Assembly (NCBI RefSeq): GCF_016432865.1
Contig: NC_067401.1
Span: 483,972,001-484,036,000 of the forward strand
Reading direction: 5' to 3'
Origin: Antechinus flavipes
Lineage: Eukaryota
Length of the DNA: 64,000 nucleotides
Position 1 is the first letter of the stretch. Each line of letters starts with the position of its first letter. The translations under genes and the position numbers were made by a program. The notes below the pieces were generated by a model that ran no database searches, was not told the DNA's origin, and saw only the letters and a list, made by a program, of their open reading frames with translations. Of the stretch, positions 38,703 through 50,925 are shown in pieces.

Positions 38703-39395
38703 CTGGAAAAGAAAATAACAATCCATCAATCCAATCTTTGGCCCATCAAAAAACTCACCATTTCTCTTTCCTATGCTCTTTAATGTCTACTTTCTCATCT
38801 GAGCTAACATCGGACTTTTCAGGATCCTAATCTACCCTCTGTAGGGAAATATTAAAGATAAGAACCCAATAAAAAATTTCATTAGATGGAAAATATCTTC
38901 TTTATTCTTTAATGGTTAGTCTATTCTATAGACTCAGAATTTTGGTTAACCTGTCCTCCTCTCAACCTCTGCAATTCTGAATGCTCAGTCCTTGTGGATG
39001 ATCTTTTTGTTTCATTTCTTTTTTCTCCCCTAGTCTATGAGGGGAGTGCATCTTCTCCTGGCTCATTCTGCTTCAGGCTCATGAACTTGAAGTATGTGTA
39101 TTTGTGTGGAGCACTAGGGTGCAGGTTGTAAAAAAAATTCAGGAGAAAGAAGGTGTCTTACTAGGTATAGCCCTCTTTCAAGTACTCCCAGTGACTTGTG
39201 GAATCTTTGAGTGTGGAGGGAAGGCAGATGGTCTACTTCCCTTTTGATGTTTCACAGGACCAACAGTTTTGTGCAAATCCTGCAAAAATGACAGGGTAGC
39301 AACCTTTTCCCACAGTTCTGTCAATTGCCATCTAGGAGAAGGAGTTTTCCCAAGTGCTGAGAATGGAGAGAGGAAAGGGAAAAATTAGAACTTAC

Positions 39396-39700
39396 CAAAA
39401 AGTGAAATTCCAGCTCACCTTGGGTGCTGTCTGCTGTGAAGGTGGGACCTTCTGAAAGCCACAACTTTCACAACTTGATGTCACAGCCCATTGAGGAAAG
39501 ACTAAGTCGCCTATCCAGGAATAGCCTTCATCTGTCTTTTTCAGTCTTGCCAAAATAGCAGGCAGGCTTTTTTGGGGTGGGTTCTTCTCAGCAATTATTT
39601 CCCAAATGATTCCCAGAGAGAAATTAATGAGGTGCCTTGGAGAAGATCTCAATTGTCATTCAAGCCTGTTGTGTTGTAGCTGTTAACATCAGTTTCTTCC
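39396..39700 (-). other. Candidate first exon with tandem splice donors
   Basis: CCAAG|GTGAGC (exon end 39419) and TTTG|GTAAGT (exon end 39396); no obvious upstream pyrimidine acceptor; CCAAT motifs upstream; TE-free. Confidence 0.4.
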
Positions 39701-40157
39701 ACCCAACCACCACCTTCCATTGTGAAAGTTCATTGGGAATTTAAGTCAACTTAACAAGTCCTTATTTATTTTCTGAATAAACCCTTATTGGTATCTTCTG
39801 TTTTTAGATCACTCACATTTTCTCCTCCCCTTACATTTTCTGTTGTACTCTTCCTTCCCATCCCTTTCTAAAGAGAAACTTTTTTTTTAAGAGAAAAATA
39901 AAATCCAATGAAACTAATGAATATATCCTAAAAGTTAGATGTTATGTAAATTTTTCCTATAGTCTTTGACCACTGCAAAGAAGCAGGATGAGGAGCTGTA
40001 TTCTCTTGTATGTCTTCTTTGGGACTCTGTTTAAGCAGCATTTATTAAATGTCTACTGTGTGCTAAGTTCAGTGTTAGGAATTGGGGTTATAATTTTTAA
40101 GAATGAAAGTGTCTGGTCTCAAGGAACTGAAGTTCTATAGAAATGAATGAAGTGAAC

Positions 40158-40534
40158 TGTGAAAGCTGTCTCACAAGATGGAGACAGTGTTCTAAAGAGT
40201 GGGTGAGGGTCAGCTGTGCCCCAGGGCCAGATTTCACGCCAGAAATCACGTGGTTTAGAAGGAGTGGGACCTTTTCTTTGTGTGACTAAGTTGGGGCCAT
40301 CTTGGCATTGAAACTTCCAAATAAGGTAATTTAGTCATCCTAAAGATGTGGTTGGGTTGAAAGTTTTAGAATGTGAGGTCATTTGTCCTGGCTAATCAGG
40401 GCCTTGCCTATCTGCTTATGTGGGGAAGGACATACCCTTTCTCACGAGATCATAATAAAATTCCTTTCTGCTTTTGCCTTGAGAAATCTCCTTAATTTAT
40501 TTGATTTATTTGAGTCCTGGTCTTGTCCCACACA
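40158..40534 (+). mobile_element. ERV solo LTR (~377 bp)
   Basis: TGTG...CACA ends; AATAAA at 40454; flanks gaac/gaaa. Confidence 0.65.
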
Positions 40535-40547
40535 GAAACTACATGCA

Positions 40548-40832
40548 AATCAAGTCAAGTCAAGCCAAGTCAACAAGCATTTATTAAATACTCACTCTGC
40601 TAAGCACTGGGAATGCAAAGAAAAGCAAAAACAATCCCTGCCCTCAGGAAGCTCAGTCTAAAGAGAAAATAAGATACAAACAGTAATGTACAGATAAAGT
40701 ATAGAGAAGTAAATTGGAGATAATATCTGAGGGCAGGTGTTAGCAATGTGAGGGATGGGGAAAGGGGAAAACTCTCCTCTAGAATTTTGATCTGAATCTT
40801 GAAGGAACCTAGGGAAACCAGAATGAGGAGGT
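40548..40832 (-). mobile_element. L2 3' fragment
   Basis: caacaagcatttattaaatact...gctaagcactggg. Confidence 0.8.
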
Positions 40833-41032
40833 AACTGGCAGAAGAATTTCTCTAGACTTTCAAATTATATGTGACAATAACTACAGAAGAGATACTTCCT
40901 CTTCATCACAAGAGTGAAATGTGTGCTGATGTTAATTTAAAATTTGGATTGACTGTGCAGACACTGAAATTTAGGCAATCAATGAAAGGGAAATTCTAAA
41001 GATCTGGTTGACACACTTGGTCTGGGACACTG

Positions 41033-41279
41033 GCTGTTCTTGTATGGCCTGGGAGATCTTTATTTTAAAATTCAAAAACTTTTCCTAGGCCTGAGTTCAA
41101 ATCTGGCACCAGACACTGGCTGTATGGCTTTGGGCAAGTCAGTTTATTTATTTATTTTTTGTTTCAGTCATCTTATCTATGAAAGTTGCTGGAAAAGGAA
41201 AATGGCAAACCATTCCAGTATCTTTGCCAAGACAACCCCACATGGGATAGTGAAAGACTGAACCTGACTGAACAATAAT
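41033..41279 (+). mobile_element. Mar1-type SINE with ~55 bp of unique left flank (likely donor of a local duplication)
   Basis: ggaaaatggcaaaccattccagtatctttgccaag and a gactgaacaa tail. Confidence 0.8.
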
Positions 41280-41428
41280 CCAATGTTTTATCATAGTCTA
41301 TATAAAAAAAGAAAAAAAGTTAATCATGCCAATTAAATTTAAAAATAAGCTGTATGTACAGAATCTCCTCTCCCCATGCTTTGGAGAGCACATCCACACA
41401 CAATCTTTAAATATTTGAAGGATTGGCT

Positions 41429-41458
41429 TCATCATCATTATCCCATAATCATCATCAC

Positions 41459-41491
<33 letters not shown>

Positions 41492-41533
41492 TACCTTCAC
41501 CACCACCACCATTACCATCATCACCATCATCAT
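41429..41533. repeat. (CAT)n/(CAC)n trinucleotide repeat at a MIR tail
   Basis: Read directly. Confidence 0.95.
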
Positions 41534-41534
41534 T

Positions 41535-41750
41535 TAGTGCTTTAAAGTTTGTGAAACATATATATTATCTCAATTGATTCTCACCATATCCTTGTGAGGT
41601 AATTGTTGTTATTATCATCTCAGTTTTACAGAGGAAGAAACTGAGGCTGAGAGGCTAACTTGTCCAGAATCACATTGTTAGTGAGTATCTAAGAGGGGAT
41701 TTAAATTCAGCTCTTCCTGACTCCAAGTCCCATGCTCTATATACTTAGCT
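41535..41750 (-). mobile_element. MIR SINE
   Basis: cagttttacagaggaagaaactgaggc CORE, antisense. Confidence 0.85.
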
Positions 41751-41998
41751 GTTTCATCAGAAAGAGGGCTGAACTAATAGTGATGCTGTATTGAAGTTTT
41801 GAGGGAGTGAAGTCTGGCTCAGTGTAAGGGGGAACTTATTAATATTTAGAGTTGTTAAAAAAGGAATGTCTGTCTTTGTAGGTAGTAAATTCCTCATTAT
41901 TGAAAGTTTTCAAGTTGATACTGAGTACCTACTTTTTGGAAATTCTGTAGAAGAGATTCCTAGTAGGAGGTGACAAAGATAGTCCAAAGCCTCTAAGC

Positions 41999-42188
41999 CA
42001 GGGGTCTTATTCAAAGCCAGATGCGGCAGCTGAGGATGATTATCCTCCTCACCCAGGGCTGTAAAGTTTCTTTATTTAAATTTAATTTAAATAAAAATTT
42101 ATTTATTTTGTTTTTACTATAGTCTGGCCTTCCAACAGTCTGAGGGACAGTGAACTGGCCCCCTATTTATAAAGTTTGAGGATCCCTG
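41999..42188. mobile_element. OC1-type hAT MITE, copy 2 (190 bp)
   Basis: Perfect 8-bp TSD CTCTAAGC (41991-41998, 42189-42196); same internal sequence as copy 1; left TIR damaged. Confidence 0.92.
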
Positions 42189-42519
42189 CTCTAAGCTCTT
42201 CAGTTCTCTTAATGCTATGAATTTATTTCCATGTAATTCAGCAGGAATATAGAAGAGTTTGAAAGTTTGCTGAGTTTTGGTAGATACTCCATCATGTCTC
42301 AGGTACACAATCTAAATTGATCATGTCAAGTCTATATCAGGCTGACTCATTAGGAACCATCCAACCACCATGATGAATCTCTTTTTCCTGGGACCAGTAA
42401 CTAGTATCCTTGAATTTCAGGTGGGAATATACACTAATTTCCATTCCAAATGGGATCCTCTGGTTCTCTTTTTATGGGAAGAAGCTCATATTCACAAAAC
42501 AATGTCTCTGATGCAGTCA

Positions 42520-43050
42520 GTTAAGACTTACTAAATGTATACTACATGTCAGCAATTGTGGAAAGTGATGTATAAAAAGACAAAAGAGAATGACAGACCC
42601 CATGGATTCATAGTCTAAAGAGAAAGAAAACACGTAAAGAAATGTACAAATGAGCCATCTACATGATAAATGGGAAATAATCAACAGGGTGAATTAAGAG
42701 TAGTTGGGAAAGACTTTCTATAGAAGATTGGATTTTAGTTGGAATGAAGGAAGCCAGGGAAGCCAGGAAGCAGGGATGAGGGGATATATTCCATGCATGG
42801 GAGATTTCTAGTAAAAATGCCTGAAGTCAAGAGATAGATTGTCTTATTCAAGGAAGTGCAAGGAGGCCAGTGTTATGGAAGTGCAGTGAAAAAAGTTTGT
42901 GAAAGTGAGGGAGAGATTATGAAAGACTTCGAATGCCAACAAAGGATTTTTTATTTGATTTTGGAGATGACTTGGAGCCACTGGAGTTTATTAAGTAGGA
43001 GGGAGTGTCAGGGTTAGACTTGTGCTTTAGGAAAATCACTTTGACAGCTG
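42520..43050 (-). mobile_element. L2 fragment
   Basis: L2 motifs ggagccactggagtttatt...tttaggaaaatcactttgacagctg. Confidence 0.7.
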
Positions 43051-43054
43051 AGTG

Positions 43055-43430
43055 TTACCCACATCCAGAGAGAGAGGCAATGGACTCATTCTATAGAATG
43101 AAACAATTTTTTTGGATGTAGCCAATGCGGAAATTTATTTTACTTGATTATAAATGTTTGTAACAGTTTTTTTTTTCAATGTTAGGGAGAGGGAAGTGAA
43201 GACAAAGCTGTTCTTATGTATGTATGGCCTGGGAAACCTTTATTTTAAAATGCAAAAACCTTTCCTAGGCCTGAGTTCAAATCTGGCACCAGACACCGGC
43301 TGTGTGGCTCTGGGAAAGTCAGTTTAAGTTATTTGTTTCAGTCATCTTATCTAGAAAATTTGCTGGAAAGGGAAAATGGCAAACCATTCCAGTATGAAAA
43401 CCTGAAAATAAAATAAAGTTGAATAAAAAG
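43055..43430 (+). mobile_element. Old L1 3' end interrupted by a duplicated segment
   Basis: L1 3'UTR motifs; terminal ctgaaaataaaataaa resumes after 43395. Confidence 0.6.
43207..43395 (+). repeat. Dispersed duplicate of 41033-41221
   Basis: About 8 mismatches in the first ~106 aligned bases (manual count), including non-SINE flank. Confidence 0.9.
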
Positions 43431-44894
43431 AATAAACTTCACTGATGAGCTCCTTTACCGTAGTGCTTTGATCTTTGTAATGTAGATCTTCTGGAAAGGT
43501 TGCTTTGTAAACTAATCTTTTTCTGCTGAACTCTGCTAATGTAATTAATTATTATTAATAGACTGTTTTATGTTTTGCCTTTGAATCTCAGAACCTACCA
43601 CATTGCCTTGTGTATAGTAGTGTTTAATATATGTTTATATTATTATATTCATTTGCTCAGATAGGCATCGATTTAAATCCCTTAAGCAATCAATAGACAC
43701 TCTATGAAACAGAAATCTGTAATCAGAATAATCAAAAATATCTTCTTCCCACATCTTCTAGCTTTATTACTCTATGAACTCAGCATTTTATTAGCCTGAA
43801 TACTCCATCCCAACTATGTGGATTAAGATAAAATATATCTGGAATGGACTTCCTCTTCCCCTCTTGGAATCTAGTGCCTTTCAAAACTCAGCTCATTGAT
43901 TCTCCAAAATTCCCTTGCATTTATTTTGTATACTTTTTATATTTATTTTGTCTCCTCCCATAAAATATAGAATCATTGAAGGCAGAGAATATTTCATTTT
44001 TGATTTGACACTTGCAGTCCCTGGCAGCCTCTCAGCCACAAGCTTGGTTTTTAAAACAATAATGGTGGTACTTACCATTTAACAGACTTAAATAGGATGC
44101 CACTTGGAAAGATGAAAATCTTATGCAGTCCCCACTCCTAGAATGTCTTCCTGGGTTCTGGATTTTGGTGGGGGACATTTTGGTTTAGAGGATATGCTAG
44201 TGAGGGAAAGATTTCACCAAAGTGGGTGTGTAGAATTCTTAAGTTTGATCTTTTGGGCAATAACTACTCTTTACGCAATGATTTCCATTTTCAGAAGACA
44301 ATTATGTCAGGAGTCCAAGATGACCCTGACCATAAACTCTTCTTCTACTTTGACTCTGGTGCAATCTGGAGTCCAATTGTGGAAAGCAGAATAGAGTTGG
44401 GGAAGAGAATAAGGTTTAAATCCTGGAATCTTCCAATGTGGAACTCCAACTTATTGGAGGGTGAGCACAGGAGACACTGAAGCATCAATAAGTGAATTGA
44501 ATTCTGTCATCCGATCAGGAGAGAAAGATTAATAAAGCAAAAGAGGAAGTAGAATGTGAGCAAAGTTGAATTTCTAATTAATACCTGGAAGGCAACGAGA
44601 AAAAACACCTTGTATTTGCATTAAGGCTTTAAGAAGGATTCTAGAAATTAAAAGTAACTGAGTCAGAATCTCATCATGAGTAGAGTCAGGTATACCCTGG
44701 TAGAGATAAAGCCTTACTCAGAAGCTCCCAGAAATTGATCTGTTGGTGAATAGGTGTGATAAATAGGCAGTTTACTGGAGCAGTTCATCATGAAAGTTAG
44801 CCACAAGAGCAGCAGATGTCTGAAAAATCTCATTCTTGCTTACAAAGCGTGGAAAGCACAGGGGATTTTTCAGAATGCTTGTGTTTATTTCCTT

Positions 44895-45375
44895 TCTCCT
44901 CTGCCTAGATAAGACCACTTTGGGAGTATTGTGTTCAGTTCTGGGTACCATATCTTAAGAATGGCATTAATAACCTGAGGAGGGAACAGGAGAGTAATCA
45001 AAATAATAAAGGGCTTGGAGATCATGTCATAGGAGGAACAATGAAAGAAATGGGGACTTGGGTACTTAGTGATTGGGTGGATCAATGGAGACAGTGTAAT
45101 GTCTTGAAGAATCTTTTGGGTTGTCACATGAGGGAGGAAATCTCCTTTGTTTTGTCTGGACCCTGAGGACAGACTTAGAAGGAAGCAATAGAGAAGTTAT
45201 GAAGATAACAATTATTCACAATAGAAAAAGAAATGGGTTCTTTCCTCAATAGATATCTTTAACTTCTTAAAGAAAGACTGGATGACACCTTCCATATGCT
45301 GGAGATAGGATTCTTGGTATTTGAGCTGGTCTAGATGATTTCTGAGGTTTCTATACCTTTGGAGCCCTCTACCAC
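44895..45375 (+). mobile_element. L3/CR1 3' fragment
   Basis: gaccactttgggagtattgtgttcagttctgggtacca CR1 motif. Confidence 0.8.
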
Positions 45376-45700
45376 CTATGACATCATATGTCTGGATAAA
45401 GAAATAAAAACACAAGAAAAACACATTTCCCCCATAATTGAAATCTGTTAGTTGGGAAGCATGAGGTGCTGGGTAATGACTGTTATTCATGATTGTTATG
45501 CTTTTAGTTTGATGTATCATGTGCTTTTTTCTTTTCTTTTTCAAAACATGGGAGCTCTAGGTGAAATTATCATATTACCTAGTCAGTTCATTATTCTGTG
45601 AGACTATGATTATGCATAACACTGGGAGAACTTTATACATAAACTTATTCTCAAAGAGGAAAAAAAAAAACCCAAAGCCAAAAGCCAAGGAAGCACATCG

Positions 45701-45848
45701 NNNNNNNNNNNNNNNNNNNNNNNNNNNNNNNNNNNNNNNNNNNNNNNNNNNNNNNNNNNNNNNNNNNNNNNNNNNNNNNNNNNNNNNNNNNNNNNNNNNN
45801 NNNNNNNNNNNNNNNNNNNNNNNNNNNNNNNNNNNNNNNNNNNNNNNN
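45701..45848. other. Assembly gap (148 N)
   Basis: N run. Confidence 1.
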
Positions 45849-46214
45849 CCTACTCCAGTAACAAAAGTCATCCCCAGCCATCCCATGCAGCGCCATTTCA
45901 CTGGTGGGATAAAAGGTTCCTTCCTCATCCCTTGCTGTATTTTGAAGGCACAAATGAGATGATATCTTTGATGGTGGCAAGTACCAAGAGAGATCCTCGG
46001 TGATTAAAGAGAAGTCAATCAATCCTTTAATTTGGGGGAATCTCAAATCACAAGATGTCTGGATTGTAACGAGATAGAGTTTCACCCTTCGAAAGTCCAA
46101 TATGGATATCTGCTCACAAAGCAAGGAGCCGTTTATTGCAAGATGAAGGCATATGGGTTGGGGAAAATGCACGCTTAGTAGGTTGAATGTCTGAAGAGAT
46201 GTGGCTTCTGGCAT
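45849..46214 (-). other. Candidate coding first exon; 122-codon ORF running into the gap
   Basis: ATG at 46214 and a strong-Kozak ATG (gaaATGG) at 45896 giving MALHGMAGDDFCYWSR...; TE-free; about 7 CpGs; no family recognised. Confidence 0.33.
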
Positions 46215-47764
46215 TTAAGCGCCTGCTAGGAAGATTGGAGAGTTTTTCATTTTTAGGCTGACACATTCTGGTTGTAAGCTTCAGTGAGCATGCCTTTGTG
46301 CTACATTACACCCATCTTTGAATCCTCACATTGTTCGGATGTACAGATGTAAAAATCAAGAGAGGACCTGGCTAACCAATGTGTGCCTTGCACTGGTCTT
46401 GCGGGTCTTCAGAGGAAACTGAGCAAAAATATTAAAAGATAAAAATGATTTTCTGGTGAAAAGGGCAAGGAGAGAAACAGCCACCAGTTTTTCTCTTGCT
46501 TAATGTTTATGAATCATGTCATGAAATCAAAATTGAGTTTTCCTTCCACTTAAAGACATATACCCAAATATCAAGACCAAAATTGATGTTTGCTCTGGAC
46601 ATGTCACCTTTACCAGGGAGCATTGGATCTGGTTTGCAGCTGCCTTTAGGAGGGCTTCTTTGTGTGGTGCTGTTCTGGAGGATGTTCTGATTGGGCCCTT
46701 CCCCATCTTAATGACATTACCTACAAATCTTATCCTCAGGAACTCCACCCACTTACTTGTCAGAACTGTGGTTTTCCAATTGTCCTGAGCAAAGTTAGGT
46801 TGACTTAGCTCACTACTGTATGGGGAATCTTGAAGAGCAGAAGGGGAATGCTAGCCAGCTACTTCATCTTTTCTTCCTGGCTTGTTGCCCTCTAAGTCCT
46901 AAGTGGCTGCTTCTGGCAACTGGCTGTCCCCAAGCAGCTGCTTGGTCTGGGGGAGTGGCCAGGCCCGCCTTGTCTTTGGATTTAATGCATTATGAGATTT
47001 CATGGTTTAATTCACAGGGAGATAGCAACCCTAGGGAAACAATTCCCTTATTTAGTTCTATTTACATAGTACAAGGGTGGGGTTTTGATTAGTTTCTTGC
47101 GTAGAATCACAGCTTAAAAAATTAAGTCTCACAATTCATTTGAACCATTTTATTCAATAAATATTTATTAACTTCCCTCCATTCCTGCTAGAATAATGTT
47201 CTTGGATGATGTTAAACCAGATTGGAGTTTTAGAGACAGCAGTACCAATTCATTCTTTGCTCCGGTAGTTGCACAATAACCAAAAATATCTTGGGAAATA
47301 GTCTAAATAAATATCTTTATTCCAGGAATACTCATGAAGTTTCTACCTTTGGTGTCAGAATTAATGAATAAATAAACAAGTATTTATTAAGCATCTATTA
47401 TGTACCAAGCTACTATGCTGGGTGCTGGAGTTACAAGGACACAAAGGAGATAGTCCCTGCATTCAAGGAACTTATGCCAGTTCTATCAGGGACTGGTATC
47501 AGGGGCCATTCATGGTCCAAGTGCTGGTTAAGTCTTCTTGCAAGGAAGACTGGGAAAAAAATTGAGTTTGAAACTTGTGTCTTAATTAATTCTTCAATAC
47601 GACTTCTCAAAACCTCAGTTTCATCATCTGAAAAATGAGATTACATTAGATGACATCTAAGATTCTCTTCAGTTCCAGATCCTATGATTCTATCTCTTAT
47701 GAAAGTGTTTAAATTCACAAGTAACCTGGACTTATGTTAAATATATCAGCCCTTTTGCTATAAA

Positions 47765-47905
47765 GCAGAGAATCTTAACCTTTTTGTATCATGGACTTTG
47801 TTAGAAGTCTAGGATACTTCTCAGAATAATATTTCTAAATGCATAAAGTCAAATAAACAAAGTTGCAAAGGAAACCAATTATATTGAAATACAGTTATCA
47901 AAATA
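47765..47905 (+). mobile_element. Ancient hAT-Charlie MER-type fragment
   Basis: TIR-like cagagaatcttaacctttttgtatcatggac followed by the recalled MER body ggaaaccaattatattgaaatacagttatc. Confidence 0.6.
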
Positions 47906-47909
47906 TTAA

Positions 47910-48560
47910 CAAAAACTGTATATGGTGTTTTCCTGGTTCTACTCATTTCATTTTGTATCAAGTCAAGTAAGTCTCTCCATGTTTTTCCGAGAATATCCTG
48001 CTTGTCATTTCTTATATCCCAATTGTATTTCATCACAATCATATACCGCAAATTGTTCAGCCATTTTCCAATTGATGAATATTCTCTCAATTTCTAATAT
48101 TTTTCTACCAGAAAAGAACTGTTTTAAATACTTGGGTATAGTTCCAAATTTCTCTACATAATGGTTGAATCAGTTCAAAATTCCACCGATAATATATTAG
48201 TGTCTTGATTTCCCCACATTTCCCCCAATATTTATCATTTTTCTCTTCTCTCCTATTAACCAATCTAACAGGTGTGACATAGAACATCAGAATTGTTTTA
48301 ATTTGTATTTCTCCAATCAATAATGATTTTGAGCACATTTTTGAAATATGGCTATATTGATAGCTTTGATTACTTCACCTGAACTTTTGATCGTTTGTCA
48401 ATTGGGGAATGACTCTTATTTTTATAAATTTGATTAATTTCTCTATATATTTGAAAGATAAGGCCTTTATCAGAAACTTGATTCAAAATTTTTTTCATTT
48501 TGTTGCTAACTATATTTACCTTCATCTTGTTTCCCCCTTTTTATTCTATTATTTCTCATT
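47910..48560 (-). mobile_element. L1 ORF2 3' fragment
   Basis: ORF remnants (IGKWLNNLRYM; YWGKCGEIKTLIY). Confidence 0.85.
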
Positions 48561-48771
48561 CTTCTGTGAGATGTCTCAATGCCTTTTTCCTGGGATTACC
48601 TCTAATTTATCTAATTGTATAATTTTAGTTATATAAAACTAACCTTTGTTAGTACATAGTCACTAGCGTGTTGTCTTCCCATTAGACTGGGACTACCTTA
48701 AGAACAAGGCCTGTTTTTTTTTGCCTTTTTTTGCATCCCCAGAACTTACCACAGTGCCTACCAGAGAATAG

Positions 48772-49760
48772 TTTTTTTTTTTTTTTAAGGCTTTTTATTT
48801 TCAAAACATATGCATGGATAATTTTTCAACACTGACCTTTCCAAAACCTTATGTTCCAAATTTCACTATCGGGATTCCCCCCTCCCCTAGATGGTAAGCA
48901 ATCCAATCTATGCCATAGACATTAAAGATATTTATTAAATGCAATATTTGTATACATATTTATACAATTATCTGGCTGCACAAGAAATCAGATCAAAAAG
49001 GAAAAAAATGAGAAAGAAAACAAAATGAAAGCCAACAACAAGAGTGATAATACTATGTTGTGGTCCATATTCAGTTCCCACAATTCTCTCTCTGGGTATA
49101 GATGGCTCTCTTCATCACAAAATCATTAGAACTGGCCTCAATCATCTCATTGTTGAAAAGAACCGCATCCATCAGAATTATCGTGTAGTCTTGTTGTTGC
49201 CATGTACAATGATCTCCTGGTTCTGCTCACTTCACTCAGAATCAGTTCCTGTAAATCTCTCCAGACCTTTCTGAAATCCTCCTGCTGGTCATTTCTTACA
49301 GAACAATAATATTCCATAACATTCATATACCATAAGTCATTCTCCAACTAATGGGCATCCATTCACTTTCCAGTTTCTTGCCATTACAAAAAGGGCTTCC
49401 ACAAACATTTCTGCAAATTTGGATCCCTTTCCCTCCTTTATGATCTCTTTGTGATACAAGCCCAGTAGAAACACTGCTGGGTCAAACAATATGCACATTT
49501 TGATAGTGCTTTGGGCATAGTTCCAAATTGCTCTCCGGAATGGTTGGATCAGTTCACAACTCCACCAACAATGTATTAGTGTCTCAGTTTTCCTACATCC
49601 CCTCCAACATTTATCATCATCTTTTCCTGTCATCTTTGTCAATCTAAGAGGTGTATAATAGTACCTCAGAGTTGTCTTAATTTGTCTTTTTCTAATCAAC
49701 AGTGATTTAGAGTACCTTTTCATATGATTAGAAATGGTTTCTATTTCTTCATCTGAAAAA
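48772..49760 (-). mobile_element. 5'-truncated L1 inserted in an L2 tail
   Basis: poly(T) at the left end; KCWRGCRKTETLIHCWW (ORF2 zinc-knuckle region); shared flank agaatag at 48765 and 49761. Confidence 0.9.
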
Positions 49761-50244
49761 AGAATAGGTTCTTAATACATATTAGTTGATTGATCAACTG
49801 ACCTCTGATCCATACTGGCAAGTCAGAATCTCTCAGTGCCCTCATTCAAGGTATATCAAGTATGGATCTGCATTGGTTCTTGAAAAAGTCCCAGAAGTAA
49901 TATTCACTTTACTTTTATAGTTATTGTCTTTCCAATCACCTTGTCTGCAGGGTAGATAGAGGGGTGGCTAATCAAGTCAGGAACTATAATTGAAGTATCT
50001 TTCCTGGAAAGTATCTGTTGATTTACTTCTCTAAAACTCCATTAACCTTTTCTATAATTTACTGAGCCATTTTCTATAATTTACTGTCTCCGGCAATCAC
50101 TTGCCTATATATATATAATCTCTCCCATGAGAATATAATCTATTTTAGGACAAGGACTATTTTCACTTTTGTATTTTTGTCCATGCTACTTAACACAGTG
50201 TTTAATAATTGTTTTCTCACTCATTCATTCAAGAAAGAAAGAAA

Positions 50245-50925
50245 GAACTTATGCCCAAAAGGCTATCAAACTGTGCATATCCTTTGATCCAGCAGTGTCT
50301 CTACTCTATTCCAAGAATACTACTGTTTGTAGCAGTCATTTTTGTGATGGTAAGGAACAGGAAACTGAGCAGATGCCCATCAGTTGGGGAATGGCTGAAT
50401 AAGTTATGATATATGAATGTTATAGAATGTTATTATTCTGTAAGAAACGATCAGCAGGATGATTTCAGAAAAGCCTGGAGAGACTTACAGGAGCTGATGC
50501 TAAGTGAAGCAAGTAGAACAAAGAGAACATTGTACAAGGCAACAACAAAATTATGTAACGATCAGCTCTGATGGACATAGCTCTTTTCAACAGTGAGATG
50601 ATTCAGGCCAATTCCAATAGACTTGTGATGGAGAGAACCATTTGCATCCAGAAAGAGGACTGTGGGGACCAAATGTTGATCACAACATAATACTTTCACC
50701 TTTTTGTTGTTTGCTTGCTTTTTTCTTTCTTATTGTTTTCTTTTTTGATCCGATTTTTCTTGTGCAGCATGATAATTGTGGAAGTATGTATATGTTTAAC
50801 ATATCGGGGGAAGAGAGGGAGAAAAATTTGGAACACAAGATTTTGCAAGGGTAAATGTTGGAAACTATCTTGGCTTATATTTTGAAAATAAAAAGCTGTT
50901 ATAAGAAAAAAATAAATTTAAAAAG
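50245..50925 (+). mobile_element. L1 3' end
   Basis: YAQKAIKLCISFDPAV; CPSVGEWLNKL; AATAAA and A-rich tail. Confidence 0.88.

Noticed and set aside
39392-39652. 86-aa ORF as a CDS; MGCD resemblance to the CD36 N-terminus at ~39490
   Set aside because: The ORF starts at TTG just after an in-frame stop; the MGCD frame stops after 7 codons
46100-46180. Plus-strand KMKAYGLG resembling a CR1 RT motif
   Set aside because: No flanking RT motifs (e.g. DFSKAFD); probably coincidental
46170-46214. MPEA...LLSV resemblance to the PDE4D6/PDE4B5 N-terminus
   Set aside because: Only a few residues match with a gap, and the following sequence is unrelated; no gene symbol assigned
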